Positions 47,464 through 56,117 of a stretch of 64,000 nt of DNA are shown here, in pieces. Numbering within the stretch: the stretch's first letter is position 1; each line of letters begins with the position of its first letter. Both the position numbers and the translations under genes were made by a program. The DNA comes from a virus (Duplodnaviria > Caudoviricetes): IMG/VR virus record IMGVR_UViG_3300020440_000014, positions 8,781 to 72,780 of that record; one strand, written 5' to 3'. The notes beneath the pieces are model-generated. The model was not told where the DNA came from. It made no database searches and worked only from the letters and a program-made list of their open reading frames with translations.

Positions 47464-48100
47464 ATTTAATGATTACGCAGTTTCACCTGTGATTGTAGAA
47501 GAGAACGAAAACGGTAAAAAAGATTATTTTATCGAAGGTATTTTCATGCAATCTGAAATCAAAAACAGAAATGGTCGTGTATATCCGAAAGACGTAATGA
47601 GAAAAGAAGTAGCACGATACAACAAAGAGTTCGTAGAACAAGATAGAGCTTTCGGTGAATTAGGTCATCCAGACGGACCAACAATCAATTTAGACAAAGT
47701 ATCTCACATGATTACTAAACTAGAAGAAGATGGTAATAATTATGTGGGACGTGCAAAGATTTTAACAACACCTAACGGTCAAATCGTAAGAAACTTGATT
47801 GATGACGGTGCAAAACTTGGTGTATCATCTCGTGGTCTAGGTTCCCTAGAACAAAAAAATGGTTCTCAAGTTGTTAAAGGCGATTTTCAGTTGGCAACGG
47901 CCGCTGATATCGTTGCAGACCCTTCTGCTCCAGAGGCTTTCGTAGAAGGCATCATGGAAGGAGTAGAATGGTATTATGAATCAGGTATTCTAAAAGCGAA
48001 AGAGATTGACCAAATGCATAAAGAAATGCGTAGTGCCAAACTCAATAAACTTGAAGAAACCAAATTAAATTTATGGAAAAAGTTCGTAGAGAACTTGTAA
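47447..48100 (+). CDS. gp21: Prohead core protease
   Basis: IEGIFMQSEIKNRNGRVYP, GELGHP, LGVSSRG.GS, DIVADPSAP.A.V. Confidence 0.97.
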   Translation: MKLISEFNDYAVSPVIVEENENGKKDYFIEGIFMQSEIKNRNGRVYPKDVMRKEVARYNKEFVEQDRAFGELGHPDGPTINLDKVSHMITKLEEDGNNYVGRAKILTTPNGQIVRNLIDDGAKLGVSSRGLGSLEQKNGSQVVKGDFQLATAADIVADPSAPEAFVEGIMEGVEWYYESGILKAKEIDQMHKEMRSAKLNKLEETKLNLWKKFVENL

Positions 48101-48102
48101 CA

Positions 48103-48110
48103 TATAAATA
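48103..48110 (+). promoter_or_regulatory. Late promoter TATAAATA upstream of gp22
   Basis: Exact consensus. Confidence 0.8.
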
Positions 48111-48140
48111 AAAGAGTATTTACTCAAACAGGAGAAACAA

Positions 48141-49490
48141 ATGGCAGATTTAGAAAAAAACCTAGAACAAGCAATAGAAGAGGCTATGCAGCCTGATTCT
48201 AAAGCTGAAAAAGGTGACTCAAAAGCTGTTAAGCAAGGTTCATCTGATGCCGCTTCAATTGAAAGTGGTAAAGGTGAAGTCGTCAAACCTGAAGAAAATC
48301 CTGTTGACAAAGCCGTTGATTCAGTTAAAAGCGCTGAAGGTGGTTCTAAAGAAATTAGTAACGACCCCCAAAAGAAAGGCGCTTCAAAAGCTGAACCTCA
48401 ACCAAAATTAAAGAAAGTTTCTGAAGAAGAAGATTCTGAAGAAGAAAAACCTTCAAAAATGGAAATGATTAAGGCTATGGTCAACTCAATGAAAGAAATG
48501 GATAAAAAAGACCTTCAGGCTATGTACAACAAAATGTCAGAAGAAGAAGTTGACGAATCCCTTAGCAAAGCAGAAATCGCAAGAAGCATCGTAGAACTCA
48601 TGAAGAAAAAAGATGAGGAAGACGTTGAAGAAGGTTATAAAAAACTTAACGCAATGAAGATGAAAAAGGAAGAAGAGGAAGACGAAGACGAGGACAAAGA
48701 AGACGAGAAAGAAGTCGAAGAGTCCGCAGAAGTCGAGTCAGACCTAGTTGAGATGGAAGTAGAAGACGACCTAGAAAAAATCTCAGAAGCTCTTGAACTA
48801 TCAGAAGAGAATCAAGAGAAAGCTAGAACAATCTTCAAAGCCGCAGTATCATCAAAAGTTGCTGAAATTAAAGAAGAACTTTCAAAAGAACATGAAGAAT
48901 CATTAAAAACCTCAATAGAAAAAGTGAAGGACGAATTATCAGAAGCTACTGATAAGTATCTTTCATATGTTGCTGAAGAGTGGACGAAAGAAAACGAATT
49001 AGCAATCGAAAGGGGTTTGAGGTCAGAAATGACAGATAACTTTATCGAAGGACTAAAAACATTGTTCGTAGAACATTATGTTGAAGTACCAGAAGATAAG
49101 TATAATGTCATGGACGAACTCGCAAATCGTCTCGATGAAATGGAAGACAAACTAGACAACGAAGTCAATAAGAATATGGGCTTAGTTGAAGAGTTAGATT
49201 CTATGAAGAGAGACAATGTTGTCAGAGAAGCCTGCAAAGACTTATCTGAATCACAACAAGAGAAATTAGTTTCATTATCAAATGGAGTAGATTTCAAAGA
49301 CGAAGCAGACTTTCAAGATAAGATTGCAGAAATCAAAGAAGCATACTTTCCAGTTGACGGTGAAACGGTTGTTGAAGAGACAAACATAGAAGAAGGTACA
49401 GGAGAGTTCGAATCTAACGAAGAGAACGTTCTTCCACCTGAAATGAGTGCGTATTCATCAGCAATTTCAAAATTAAAACCATTAGGGTAA
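48141..49490 (+). CDS. gp22: Prohead scaffold (core) protein
   Basis: Acidic coiled coil; KARTIFKAAV, YLSYVAEEW..ENELAIERG, MSAYSSAI. Confidence 0.92.
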   Translation: MADLEKNLEQAIEEAMQPDSKAEKGDSKAVKQGSSDAASIESGKGEVVKPEENPVDKAVDSVKSAEGGSKEISNDPQKKGASKAEPQPKLKKVSEEEDSEEEKPSKMEMIKAMVNSMKEMDKKDLQAMYNKMSEEEVDESLSKAEIARSIVELMKKKDEEDVEEGYKKLNAMKMKKEEEEDEDEDKEDEKEVEESAEVESDLVEMEVEDDLEKISEALELSEENQEKARTIFKAAVSSKVAEIKEELSKEHEESLKTSIEKVKDELSEATDKYLSYVAEEWTKENELAIERGLRSEMTDNFIEGLKTLFVEHYVEVPEDKYNVMDELANRLDEMEDKLDNEVNKNMGLVEELDSMKRDNVVREACKDLSESQQEKLVSLSNGVDFKDEADFQDKIAEIKEAYFPVDGETVVEETNIEEGTGEFESNEENVLPPEMSAYSSAISKLKPLG

Positions 49491-49510
49491 TTTAGAGGAA
49501 AATAAAAAAA

Positions 49511-50815
49511 ATGTTTTTATCAGAAAACTTACAAGAAAAGTGGTCGCCTATTCTAGAACACTCCGATTTGCCAAAAATCGAAGACAACTACAAGAAGGCA
49601 GTCACAGCAGTTATTCTTGAAAACCAAGAGAACGCTTTACAAGAAGATAGAGCTGTTCTTTCAGAAGCTGCACCTTTAAACTCTACTGGAGCTGCTATTT
49701 CTAATTGGGACCCGATTTTAATCAGTCTCGTTAGAAGAGCAATGCCAAATCTCGTTGCATACGACATTTGCGGTGTTCAACCTATGACAGGTCCAACAGG
49801 TCTTATATTTGCTATGAAAGCAAGATATCAAGACGATGCTAACGCTACAAGAGATGCTCAATCAGAAGCATTATTCAATGAACCAAGAACTGCTTTTTCA
49901 GCAGGTAATTCAGGTGACATTGACAACACAGCTGACCCAGACCCAGAAGGTAACCCATTTGCTAGTTCAAGTGCGTATGAAAACGCTACTTCAACTGGTA
50001 TGTCAACCGCAAACTCAGAATCATTAGGTGATGCTTCAAGCAACCACTTCAATGAAATGTCTTTCACAATCGAGAAAAGCACGGTAACAGCAGTTTCAAG
50101 AGCTTTAAAAGCAGAGTACTCATTAGAACTTGCTCAAGACCTAAAAGCAATCCACGGTCTAGATGCAGAATCAGAACTCGCTAATATTTTATCATCAGAA
50201 ATTCTATCAGAAATCAACAGAGAAGTTGTTAGAGAAGTAAACAACCAAGCTAAAGTAGGTGCATCAGCAACTGCTTCAGCAGGTACTTTTAACTTAGACG
50301 TTGATGCTAACGGTAGATGGTCTGTAGAGAAGTTCAAAGGATTATTATTCCAAATCGAAAGAGAATCAAATGTAATCGCTAAAGAAACAAGAAGAGGTAA
50401 AGGTAACTTTATCCTATGTTCTTCAGACGTAGCATCTGCTCTTTCAATGGCAGGAGTATTAGATTACACTCCAGCACTATCAACTAACTTAAACGTTGAT
50501 GACACAGGTAATACATTTGCTGGTGTTCTTAACGGAAGAGTTAAAGTATATATTGACCCATATGCTGGTTCAGATTACTTAACCGTTGGTTACAGAGGGT
50601 CTAACCCTTACGATGCTGGTATGTTCTATTGCCCATACGTACCATTACAAATGGTTCGTGCCGTTGGTGAGAATACTTTCCAACCAAAAATCGGATTTAA
50701 AACAAGATACGGTATGGTTTCAAACCCATTCGTAGGTTCATCACCTGCAAACGGTCTTGCTTCCGATGGAACTAACCAATACTACAGAAAATTAGCAGTA
50801 TCTAACATTCTGTAA
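49511..50815 (+). CDS. gp23: Major capsid protein
   Basis: LQEKWSPIL, LVRRAMPNL, GVQPMTGPTGLIFAM, LKAEYSLELAQDLKAIHGLDAESEL, FYCPYVPL; probable gp21 cleavage site LSE/AAP. Confidence 0.98.
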   Translation: MFLSENLQEKWSPILEHSDLPKIEDNYKKAVTAVILENQENALQEDRAVLSEAAPLNSTGAAISNWDPILISLVRRAMPNLVAYDICGVQPMTGPTGLIFAMKARYQDDANATRDAQSEALFNEPRTAFSAGNSGDIDNTADPDPEGNPFASSSAYENATSTGMSTANSESLGDASSNHFNEMSFTIEKSTVTAVSRALKAEYSLELAQDLKAIHGLDAESELANILSSEILSEINREVVREVNNQAKVGASATASAGTFNLDVDANGRWSVEKFKGLLFQIERESNVIAKETRRGKGNFILCSSDVASALSMAGVLDYTPALSTNLNVDDTGNTFAGVLNGRVKVYIDPYAGSDYLTVGYRGSNPYDAGMFYCPYVPLQMVRAVGENTFQPKIGFKTRYGMVSNPFVGSSPANGLASDGTNQYYRKLAVSNIL

Positions 50816-50832
50816 AAAAAGTTTCGACTTTT

Positions 50833-50861
50833 AAAAGGGGTCTTTTTAGACCCCTTTTTTT
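50833..50861 (+). terminator. Rho-independent terminator after gp23
   Basis: AAAAGGGGTCT-TTTT-AGACCCCTTTT plus a T run. Confidence 0.9.
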
Positions 50862-50865
50862 ATAC

Positions 50866-50873
50866 ACTAAATA
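50866..50873 (+). promoter_or_regulatory. Late promoter variant ACTAAATA immediately upstream of the riboswitch
   Basis: TAAATA core 6 nt before the aptamer 5' end; the same ACTAAATA variant occurs at 28155. Confidence 0.55.
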
Positions 50874-50879
50874 ATAATA

Positions 50880-50940
50880 ATCGTTCATTCACTCTAAATG
50901 TAGCAGTGAACGGAAGTAGGCATGGGGCCGAAGGAACGCA
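50880..50940 (+). ncRNA. Glutamine-I riboswitch (glnA RNA motif)
   Basis: P1 CGTTC/GAACG, P2 TTCACT/AGTGAA, CGG-AAGTA...GAAG E-loop and P3 GGC/GCC. The order and conserved nucleotides match the glnA aptamer (AUCGUU...GGAAGUA...GAAG.AACGC). Confidence 0.88.
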
Positions 50941-50972
50941 TTTTTGTTCAACCTTTAAACGGAGGAATGGAA

Positions 50973-51092
50973 ATGACAAAGAAGAAGGCTGACCTCAAGT
51001 TAGTATACCGTGGCACTCGTCACAATGGTGAATCTACAAAGTCAAAACCACAGACCAAGGGTGTATACCGTGGTCAAAAGTGGTCGGCTTAA
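50973..51092 (+). CDS. 39-aa DUF4278-like peptide (two YRG motifs); not in the ORF track
   Basis: MTKKKADLKLVYRGTRHNGESTKSKPQTKGVYRGQKWSA*. GGAGG RBS at 50961-50965. An in-frame ATG at 50967 is an alternative start. Confidence 0.8.
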   Translation: MTKKKADLKLVYRGTRHNGESTKSKPQTKGVYRGQKWSA

Positions 51093-51110
51093 AATAACCT
51101 ATATACTATA

Positions 51111-51141
51111 GTAGTTGGGGGTTTCTAAAACCCCCTACTAC
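51111..51141 (+). terminator. Strong hairpin downstream of the peptide ORF (terminator or stabiliser; no U tract)
   Basis: GTAGTTGGGGGTTT-CT-AAAACCCCCTACTAC inverted repeat. Confidence 0.55.
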
Positions 51142-51173
51142 GACATAAACACACATACACACAGGAGGAAATT

Positions 51174-51392
51174 ATGTCAAATCACGCAAAATCTGGGTAC
51201 GAAATCCGTGCCGATTTACTATCTCTAGCAGAGAGTGTTATTATCAACAACATCGAGAATGAAAGGCAAACCATATATTCATGGAATGACAATCATGCTG
51301 AGTCTAAAAAGGAGATACCTTTAAGGACATATTCTGCTCAAGATGTTATTAATACTGCAAAGCAGTTTAATGATTTCGTTAACGAGAAGTAA
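51174..51392 (+). CDS. Small conserved hypothetical protein
   Basis: GYEIRADLL.LA and DVINTAKQFNDFV motifs; AGGAGG RBS. Confidence 0.7.
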   Translation: MSNHAKSGYEIRADLLSLAESVIINNIENERQTIYSWNDNHAESKKEIPLRTYSAQDVINTAKQFNDFVNEK

Positions 51393-51449
51393 GTTAAGAT
51401 AAATAGTAAAGTGGGGTGAAATTATTCGCCCCCCTTAGAAGGAAATAAA

Positions 51450-51668
51450 ATGTCAGAATATGCAAAAAATGTGAAAGTGTTGGAAGGACCTTGGGAAAAA
51501 AGTGCATTTCCAAATGGGGTAGAAACAACAGACGTTATCAGTAGAACGATATCTACACGATACATTCAAGACGGTTATCTTTGTGAAGAGATAGTTCAGA
51601 GAGAGTATCGTGGTGAAGATTATCTAGACACTACATCATCTAAAAGGATTATAAAACTTGACAACTAA
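51450..51668 (+). CDS. Hypothetical protein
   Basis: Preceded by GATAAATA (51398) and the hairpin GGGGTGAA-ATTA-TTCGCCCC (51413-51432). Confidence 0.65.
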   Translation: MSEYAKNVKVLEGPWEKSAFPNGVETTDVISRTISTRYIQDGYLCEEIVQREYRGEDYLDTTSSKRIIKLDN

Positions 51669-52197
51669 TATTAATAAATCGATTCTCAATAAAAATAACT
51701 TTAGATTACTAATTGATAAAGTTCCAAATGTTGAGTATTATGTTAGAACCGTAAATATACCTGGATTGCAATTCAGTGAAACCGTTCAAGCAGCTGGTGT
51801 TGGATTAGATGCATATTTTCCAGGTGATAAAGTAACTTTCGATACATTAGATATAGAATTCTTAGTTGACGAAGATTTAGCAAACTTTAAAGAAATATAT
51901 GATTGGATGGATGCAATCGTTCCAGTCAATGACCCTAGTATATACGGTGCATATACTGAAAGCACTTCTACAAAAACAAATATACTCGCTAATGTCGGCG
52001 ATGATTTAAAACAATTCTCAGACATAACACTTGTAACAAATACAAACAAAAATATACCAAATAGATACTTTAGATTTCATGATTGTTTTCCAATTAATCT
52101 AGGTGGTATTCAACTTGAATCTGGTGCTGATGCAGAACCTGTAATTGCAACCGTGTCATTTAGATTCACATATTACGAGATAAAAACCACTTCATAA
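51658..52197 (+). CDS. gp3: Tail tube terminator / tail completion protein
   Basis: NNFRLLIDKVPNVEYY...NIPG, FLVDEDLANFKEIYDWM, F.DCFPINLGGIQ, VSFRFTYY. Confidence 0.88.
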   Translation: MTTNINKSILNKNNFRLLIDKVPNVEYYVRTVNIPGLQFSETVQAAGVGLDAYFPGDKVTFDTLDIEFLVDEDLANFKEIYDWMDAIVPVNDPSIYGAYTESTSTKTNILANVGDDLKQFSDITLVTNTNKNIPNRYFRFHDCFPINLGGIQLESGADAEPVIATVSFRFTYYEIKTTS

Positions 52198-52225
52198 ATA
52201 CTACAAAGTATAGTATAATTATAGT

Positions 52226-52669
52226 ATGACATTGGATGAAATAAAAGCGATGTGGTCTAACGATTGCGAAATCGATGACATAGAATTAGATAAATCTAGT
52301 TTAGATGTTCCTCGATTACATGCAAAGTATTCAGACTTACTAACAGATAACATTCTTAGATTAAAGAATGCTCAAATGCAATACAATCTACTTAGAAAAG
52401 ATAAGTGGTTGTGGTTCAATGGCAAAATGGATGAAAATAGAATTAAAGAATTGGGTTGGTCAGATGACCCATTCGATGGTCTCAAAATAATGAAAAACGA
52501 TATGGATATTTTTTTCAATTCAGATGTAGACCTTACAAAATTAAAAGCAAAGATAGATTATCTACAAGAGGTTGTAGAGTATATCAAAAGATGTATGGAC
52601 AATATTACATGGCGCCATCAGACAATAAAAAATACAATTGAATGGCGTAAGTTTATGGCAGGCGTATAA
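52226..52669 (+). CDS. uvsY: Recombination mediator UvsY
   Basis: W..D..ID..ELD..S...P.LHAKY, I.NIT.R...IKN.IEWRKF.AG. Confidence 0.93.
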   Translation: MTLDEIKAMWSNDCEIDDIELDKSSLDVPRLHAKYSDLLTDNILRLKNAQMQYNLLRKDKWLWFNGKMDENRIKELGWSDDPFDGLKIMKNDMDIFFNSDVDLTKLKAKIDYLQEVVEYIKRCMDNITWRHQTIKNTIEWRKFMAGV

Positions 52670-53352
52670 TGGTTTACTTTAATAGTGTTATAATTTACCC
52701 TAGTTTTCTAACAGAAAGAGAAGTAGAAGAAATACATATTCATTCAAAAGGAATTGAACTTCAAGATGCTGGTGTTGGTGGTGAAGTTTTAAATGACCCG
52801 GACGCAGCTGCACTTAGTTCGCAAGGTAATATCAGACATAATATAAGACAATCAGATGTTAAATGGATGAATCATCAGGTTATGCCTCAAGATATCAGAA
52901 AAAAGATAGAAGATGGTATAAATCAAGCAAATAGTGAAGCACAATGGAATTTACAATGGGATGAAATAGAGAATCATCAATATACAATTTATCGTCATAG
53001 AGAAACAGAACATACTAGAGGAGATTTTTATACTTGGCATGTTGATTCAGGACCAGGTCTTTTAAATACAGGTAAAATGAGAAAACTCTCTTCAACAATA
53101 CAATTATCAGCACCTGAAGATTATGAAGGCGGAAACTTTGAGTATATCGATTACAATGGTATATTTGATAGGTTAGAAACTTACGAGACTCAAATTGATA
53201 TAGCAAATAACAAAAAACCTCTACCGTTTTCAGCAAAAGAAAAAGGAACGCTAATTGTGTTTCCTTCACACACTTATCATCAAGTGACTCCAGTGATTAA
53301 GGGTACAAGAGTATCTCTAGTAAGTTGGTTTCACGGCCAACCTCATGCCTAA
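52669..53352 (+). CDS. 2OG-Fe(II) oxygenase (PKHD/P4Hc-like)
   Basis: FYTWHVD, RKLSSTIQLS.PEDYEGG, GTLIVFPS..YHQVTPV..G.R.SLVSWFHG. Confidence 0.92.
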   Translation: MVYFNSVIIYPSFLTEREVEEIHIHSKGIELQDAGVGGEVLNDPDAAALSSQGNIRHNIRQSDVKWMNHQVMPQDIRKKIEDGINQANSEAQWNLQWDEIENHQYTIYRHRETEHTRGDFYTWHVDSGPGLLNTGKMRKLSSTIQLSAPEDYEGGNFEYIDYNGIFDRLETYETQIDIANNKKPLPFSAKEKGTLIVFPSHTYHQVTPVIKGTRVSLVSWFHGQPHA

Positions 53353-54766
53353 AGTCACCGTAGAAAAGATTAACGAATGTTTCATGAAAGTCAATTGTGA
53401 TGATGGACTTGCACGTGACCTTTATGATTACTTTTCTTTTTCTGTACCAAATGCAAAGTTTATGCCTTCTGTTAAAAATAGATATTGGGACGGCAAAGTA
53501 AGATTATTTTCTATTAAAACAAACAGAGTATACATTGGTCTTTTACCATATGTCGATGAGTTCTGTAGGGAAAGAGGTTACGAATTTGGCGGAATCGAAG
53601 ATGTTATCGGTGAAAAACAAAGAGAAAAATGTAGTCAGTCTTGGTTAGCAGATTTGAATCTTCCTTTTGAACCTAGAGATTATCAGATAGATGCTTTTAA
53701 TACTGCAATACAATATGGAAGACAACTTCTATTATCTCCAACTGCAAGTGGTAAATCACTAATCATTTATTTACTTGCAAGATACTATAATAAGAAAACC
53801 GTAATTATTGTGCCAACAACATCATTGGTTGAACAAATGACAAAAGATTTTATTGATTATGGTTATAAAGAACCTGTTTGTAAAATATATCATGGTCAAG
53901 AAGTTTTCGATGCAGACATCACGGTGACTACGTGGCAATCTTTCAGTAAAGCGCCTAAAGAAGTATTAGAATCATTTGATATGGTCATAGGTGATGAAGC
54001 ACATTTATTTAAAGCGACAACACTGAAAGGCATTCTAGAAAAAATGAAGAATACTGCTGTTCGTATTGGTACAACAGGTACTTTAGATGGTACAGAAGTA
54101 CATAGATTACAACTTGAAGGTCTATTTGGTCCTGTAAAGAAAGTTATCACATCATCAGAGTTGATAGAAGACGGTACTATTGCAAAGATTGATATTGATT
54201 GTATTATACTTAAACATGCGAAGTGTCATAAAATGTCATACCAAGAAGAAATGGATTATCTGGTTTCATGCGAAGAGAGAAATAAATTTATTGTCAATCT
54301 TGTTAGAAATTTAAAAGGTAACACACTTGTTCTTTTTCAATATGTCGAAAAACATGGTGTGGTTTTACATGGCATGTTAGATGGTCTTGTAGACAATCTG
54401 CATTATGTCTATGGTGGAACTGATACTTCTGATAGAGAAGCTATTCGTGGTATAGTAGAAGAAGCAAAAAACGATGTGATACTAGCATCATACGGAACAT
54501 TTTCCACTGGTGTTAACATAAAGAAAATAGATAATATTGTTTTTGCATCTCCTTCAAAATCTAAGATTAGAAATTTACAATCTATAGGTCGAGGTCTTAG
54601 AAAGACAGAAGGTAAAGATAGTATGCGATTATTTGATATTGCAGACGACCTTCAATGTGATAATTATACACTTGAACACTTGAAAGAAAGGATAAATATC
54701 TATAGTGAGGAGAATTTTCCTTACGAACTAAAACAATTCGACTTATGGCAACAGCAAAAGACTTAA
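53345..54766 (+). CDS. uvsW: DNA helicase UvsW
   Basis: PRDYQ, SPTASGKS, IGDEAH, TTGT, SYGTFSTGVNI, QSIGRGLR. Confidence 0.96.
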   Translation: MPKVTVEKINECFMKVNCDDGLARDLYDYFSFSVPNAKFMPSVKNRYWDGKVRLFSIKTNRVYIGLLPYVDEFCRERGYEFGGIEDVIGEKQREKCSQSWLADLNLPFEPRDYQIDAFNTAIQYGRQLLLSPTASGKSLIIYLLARYYNKKTVIIVPTTSLVEQMTKDFIDYGYKEPVCKIYHGQEVFDADITVTTWQSFSKAPKEVLESFDMVIGDEAHLFKATTLKGILEKMKNTAVRIGTTGTLDGTEVHRLQLEGLFGPVKKVITSSELIEDGTIAKIDIDCIILKHAKCHKMSYQEEMDYLVSCEERNKFIVNLVRNLKGNTLVLFQYVEKHGVVLHGMLDGLVDNLHYVYGGTDTSDREAIRGIVEEAKNDVILASYGTFSTGVNIKKIDNIVFASPSKSKIRNLQSIGRGLRKTEGKDSMRLFDIADDLQCDNYTLEHLKERINIYSEENFPYELKQFDLWQQQKT

Positions 54767-55281
54767 TACCTAGTAAATACGAAGTCATCAAAATGACAAC
54801 TGGTTCAGAGATAGTGGGTATGACAAGAGACCTAGGTGACAATCTAGAAATAACATTACCAATGATATGTCATTTATCTATCATTCCAGGTTCTGTTAAG
54901 ACACAGGTAATATTTTATCCCTATAGTCCTCTTTCAGAAGAAGAAAAGATAGTTATGCCAAAAACTTCAGTTATGCATAGAACTAGTATGAATGAGCAAT
55001 TCATTCCTCACTATGATAATGCTAGTTCATTATGGATGAAAATGATAGAAAATAAATCAATACCTATCGGTGATGAAAAATCAGTTAGAAAAGATTTAGA
55101 TACAAGAATCAAAAGAGCTATGGATAGATTGATGACACAATCTAGAATAGAGTCAGAAATGGATTATGATGATTATATCTTAGAAGACATGGGTTTAGAT
55201 AGTCAAGGTTTCGATGTTAGTTCAGCTGAAGATTTATTTGAAACTTCAGAAAAACCAGAAGACCCTAAGAAAATCCATTAG
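54745..55281 (+). CDS. Conserved hypothetical protein downstream of uvsW
   Basis: VIKMTTGSEIVG N-terminus (Sm-like pattern) and KKIH C-terminus, typical of T4-like phages at this locus. Confidence 0.65.
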   Translation: MATAKDLIPSKYEVIKMTTGSEIVGMTRDLGDNLEITLPMICHLSIIPGSVKTQVIFYPYSPLSEEEKIVMPKTSVMHRTSMNEQFIPHYDNASSLWMKMIENKSIPIGDEKSVRKDLDTRIKRAMDRLMTQSRIESEMDYDDYILEDMGLDSQGFDVSSAEDLFETSEKPEDPKKIH

Positions 55282-55389
55282 TTATAAAAATTATATTTCT
55301 TAAAACCCATTGTTTTATAAATAGTTGCGTGTTATAATATATTTTTATAATTAATTATAATTTTTAATAATAGTTTTTTTGGAGAAACC

Positions 55390-55554
55390 ATGACCACAGC
55401 AATTTTAAAGGTTGCGAAGAGCGTGGTAAGTGACGTAGAAAACCTGAGAGAAACAGAGATTATATCAAAGAGCCTGGAAGTAATCGATTTCATTTTACAC
55501 ATAACTCTTCCTTTCGCATTACCTATAGCGATATTATCATCATATGGTATTTAA
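55390..55554 (+). CDS. 54-aa small protein with a hydrophobic C-terminus; not in the ORF track
   Basis: MTTAILKVAKSVVSDVENLRETEIISKSLEVIDFILHITLPFALPIAILSSYGI*; GGAG RBS at 55381. Confidence 0.6.
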   Translation: MTTAILKVAKSVVSDVENLRETEIISKSLEVIDFILHITLPFALPIAILSSYGI

Positions 55555-55659
55555 ATGAAAATACCTAGTAAAGAAGAAATAAAAGATAAGTTGGAGATTT
55601 CTGGTCTCGTAATTATTTTTGCGCTAACTTTAATGGGCGTAAATGGGATTAATATATAA
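55555..55659 (+). CDS. 34-aa small membrane peptide; not in the ORF track
   Basis: MKIPSKEEIKDKLEISGLVIIFALTLMGVNGINI*; ATG directly follows the upstream stop (TAAATG). Confidence 0.5.
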   Translation: MKIPSKEEIKDKLEISGLVIIFALTLMGVNGINI

Positions 55660-55811
55660 TGGAGTATATTAAGAAAAATCTTATAAAAATCATTTGTCAT
55701 AATCTATTAATAACAGGTGTGGCATTTGACGGAAATATACAAGGCGCTTTAAGAGCTATTAGAGAAATTGAAAATTCACAAAAAATATATCATGAAAGAA
55801 AAGCAGATTGA
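55659..55811 (+). CDS. 50-aa small protein; not in the ORF track
   Basis: MEYIKKNLIKIICHNLLITGVAFDGNIQGALRAIREIENSQKIYHERKAD*; TAATG coupling. Confidence 0.5.
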   Translation: MEYIKKNLIKIICHNLLITGVAFDGNIQGALRAIREIENSQKIYHERKAD

Positions 55812-56049
55812 AATTGACTTTACATCTGAAGACCCAAAAGTTGCAAGACAACCCGGAATACGTTGGGCGCCAAGAGATGCAACACCAGAAGAACATAAAC
55901 ATTGGATAGATACTGACGGTAAATTTTGGGTTGAAATGAATTCGAAAATAGTCATCATAATGAGTTTTGTACAAGTAGGTATGGTAGCTTTAATGTTAGC
56001 AACATTCAAGATTATTGATACGTTTGTTAACGGTCCATCTCCTTATTAG
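55792..56049 (+). CDS. Small protein with a C-terminal TM helix
   Basis: MKEKQIEIDF...IVIIMSFVQVGMVALMLATF. ATG 55792 preferred as start. Confidence 0.6.
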   Translation: MKEKQIEIDFTSEDPKVARQPGIRWAPRDATPEEHKHWIDTDGKFWVEMNSKIVIIMSFVQVGMVALMLATFKIIDTFVNGPSPY

Positions 56050-56117
56050 GTCCTGACCCTGGCGACATAGTCAGTTTAACATATAAATCTAAATTATAAA
56101 AGAGGGTTTTTATAAAA

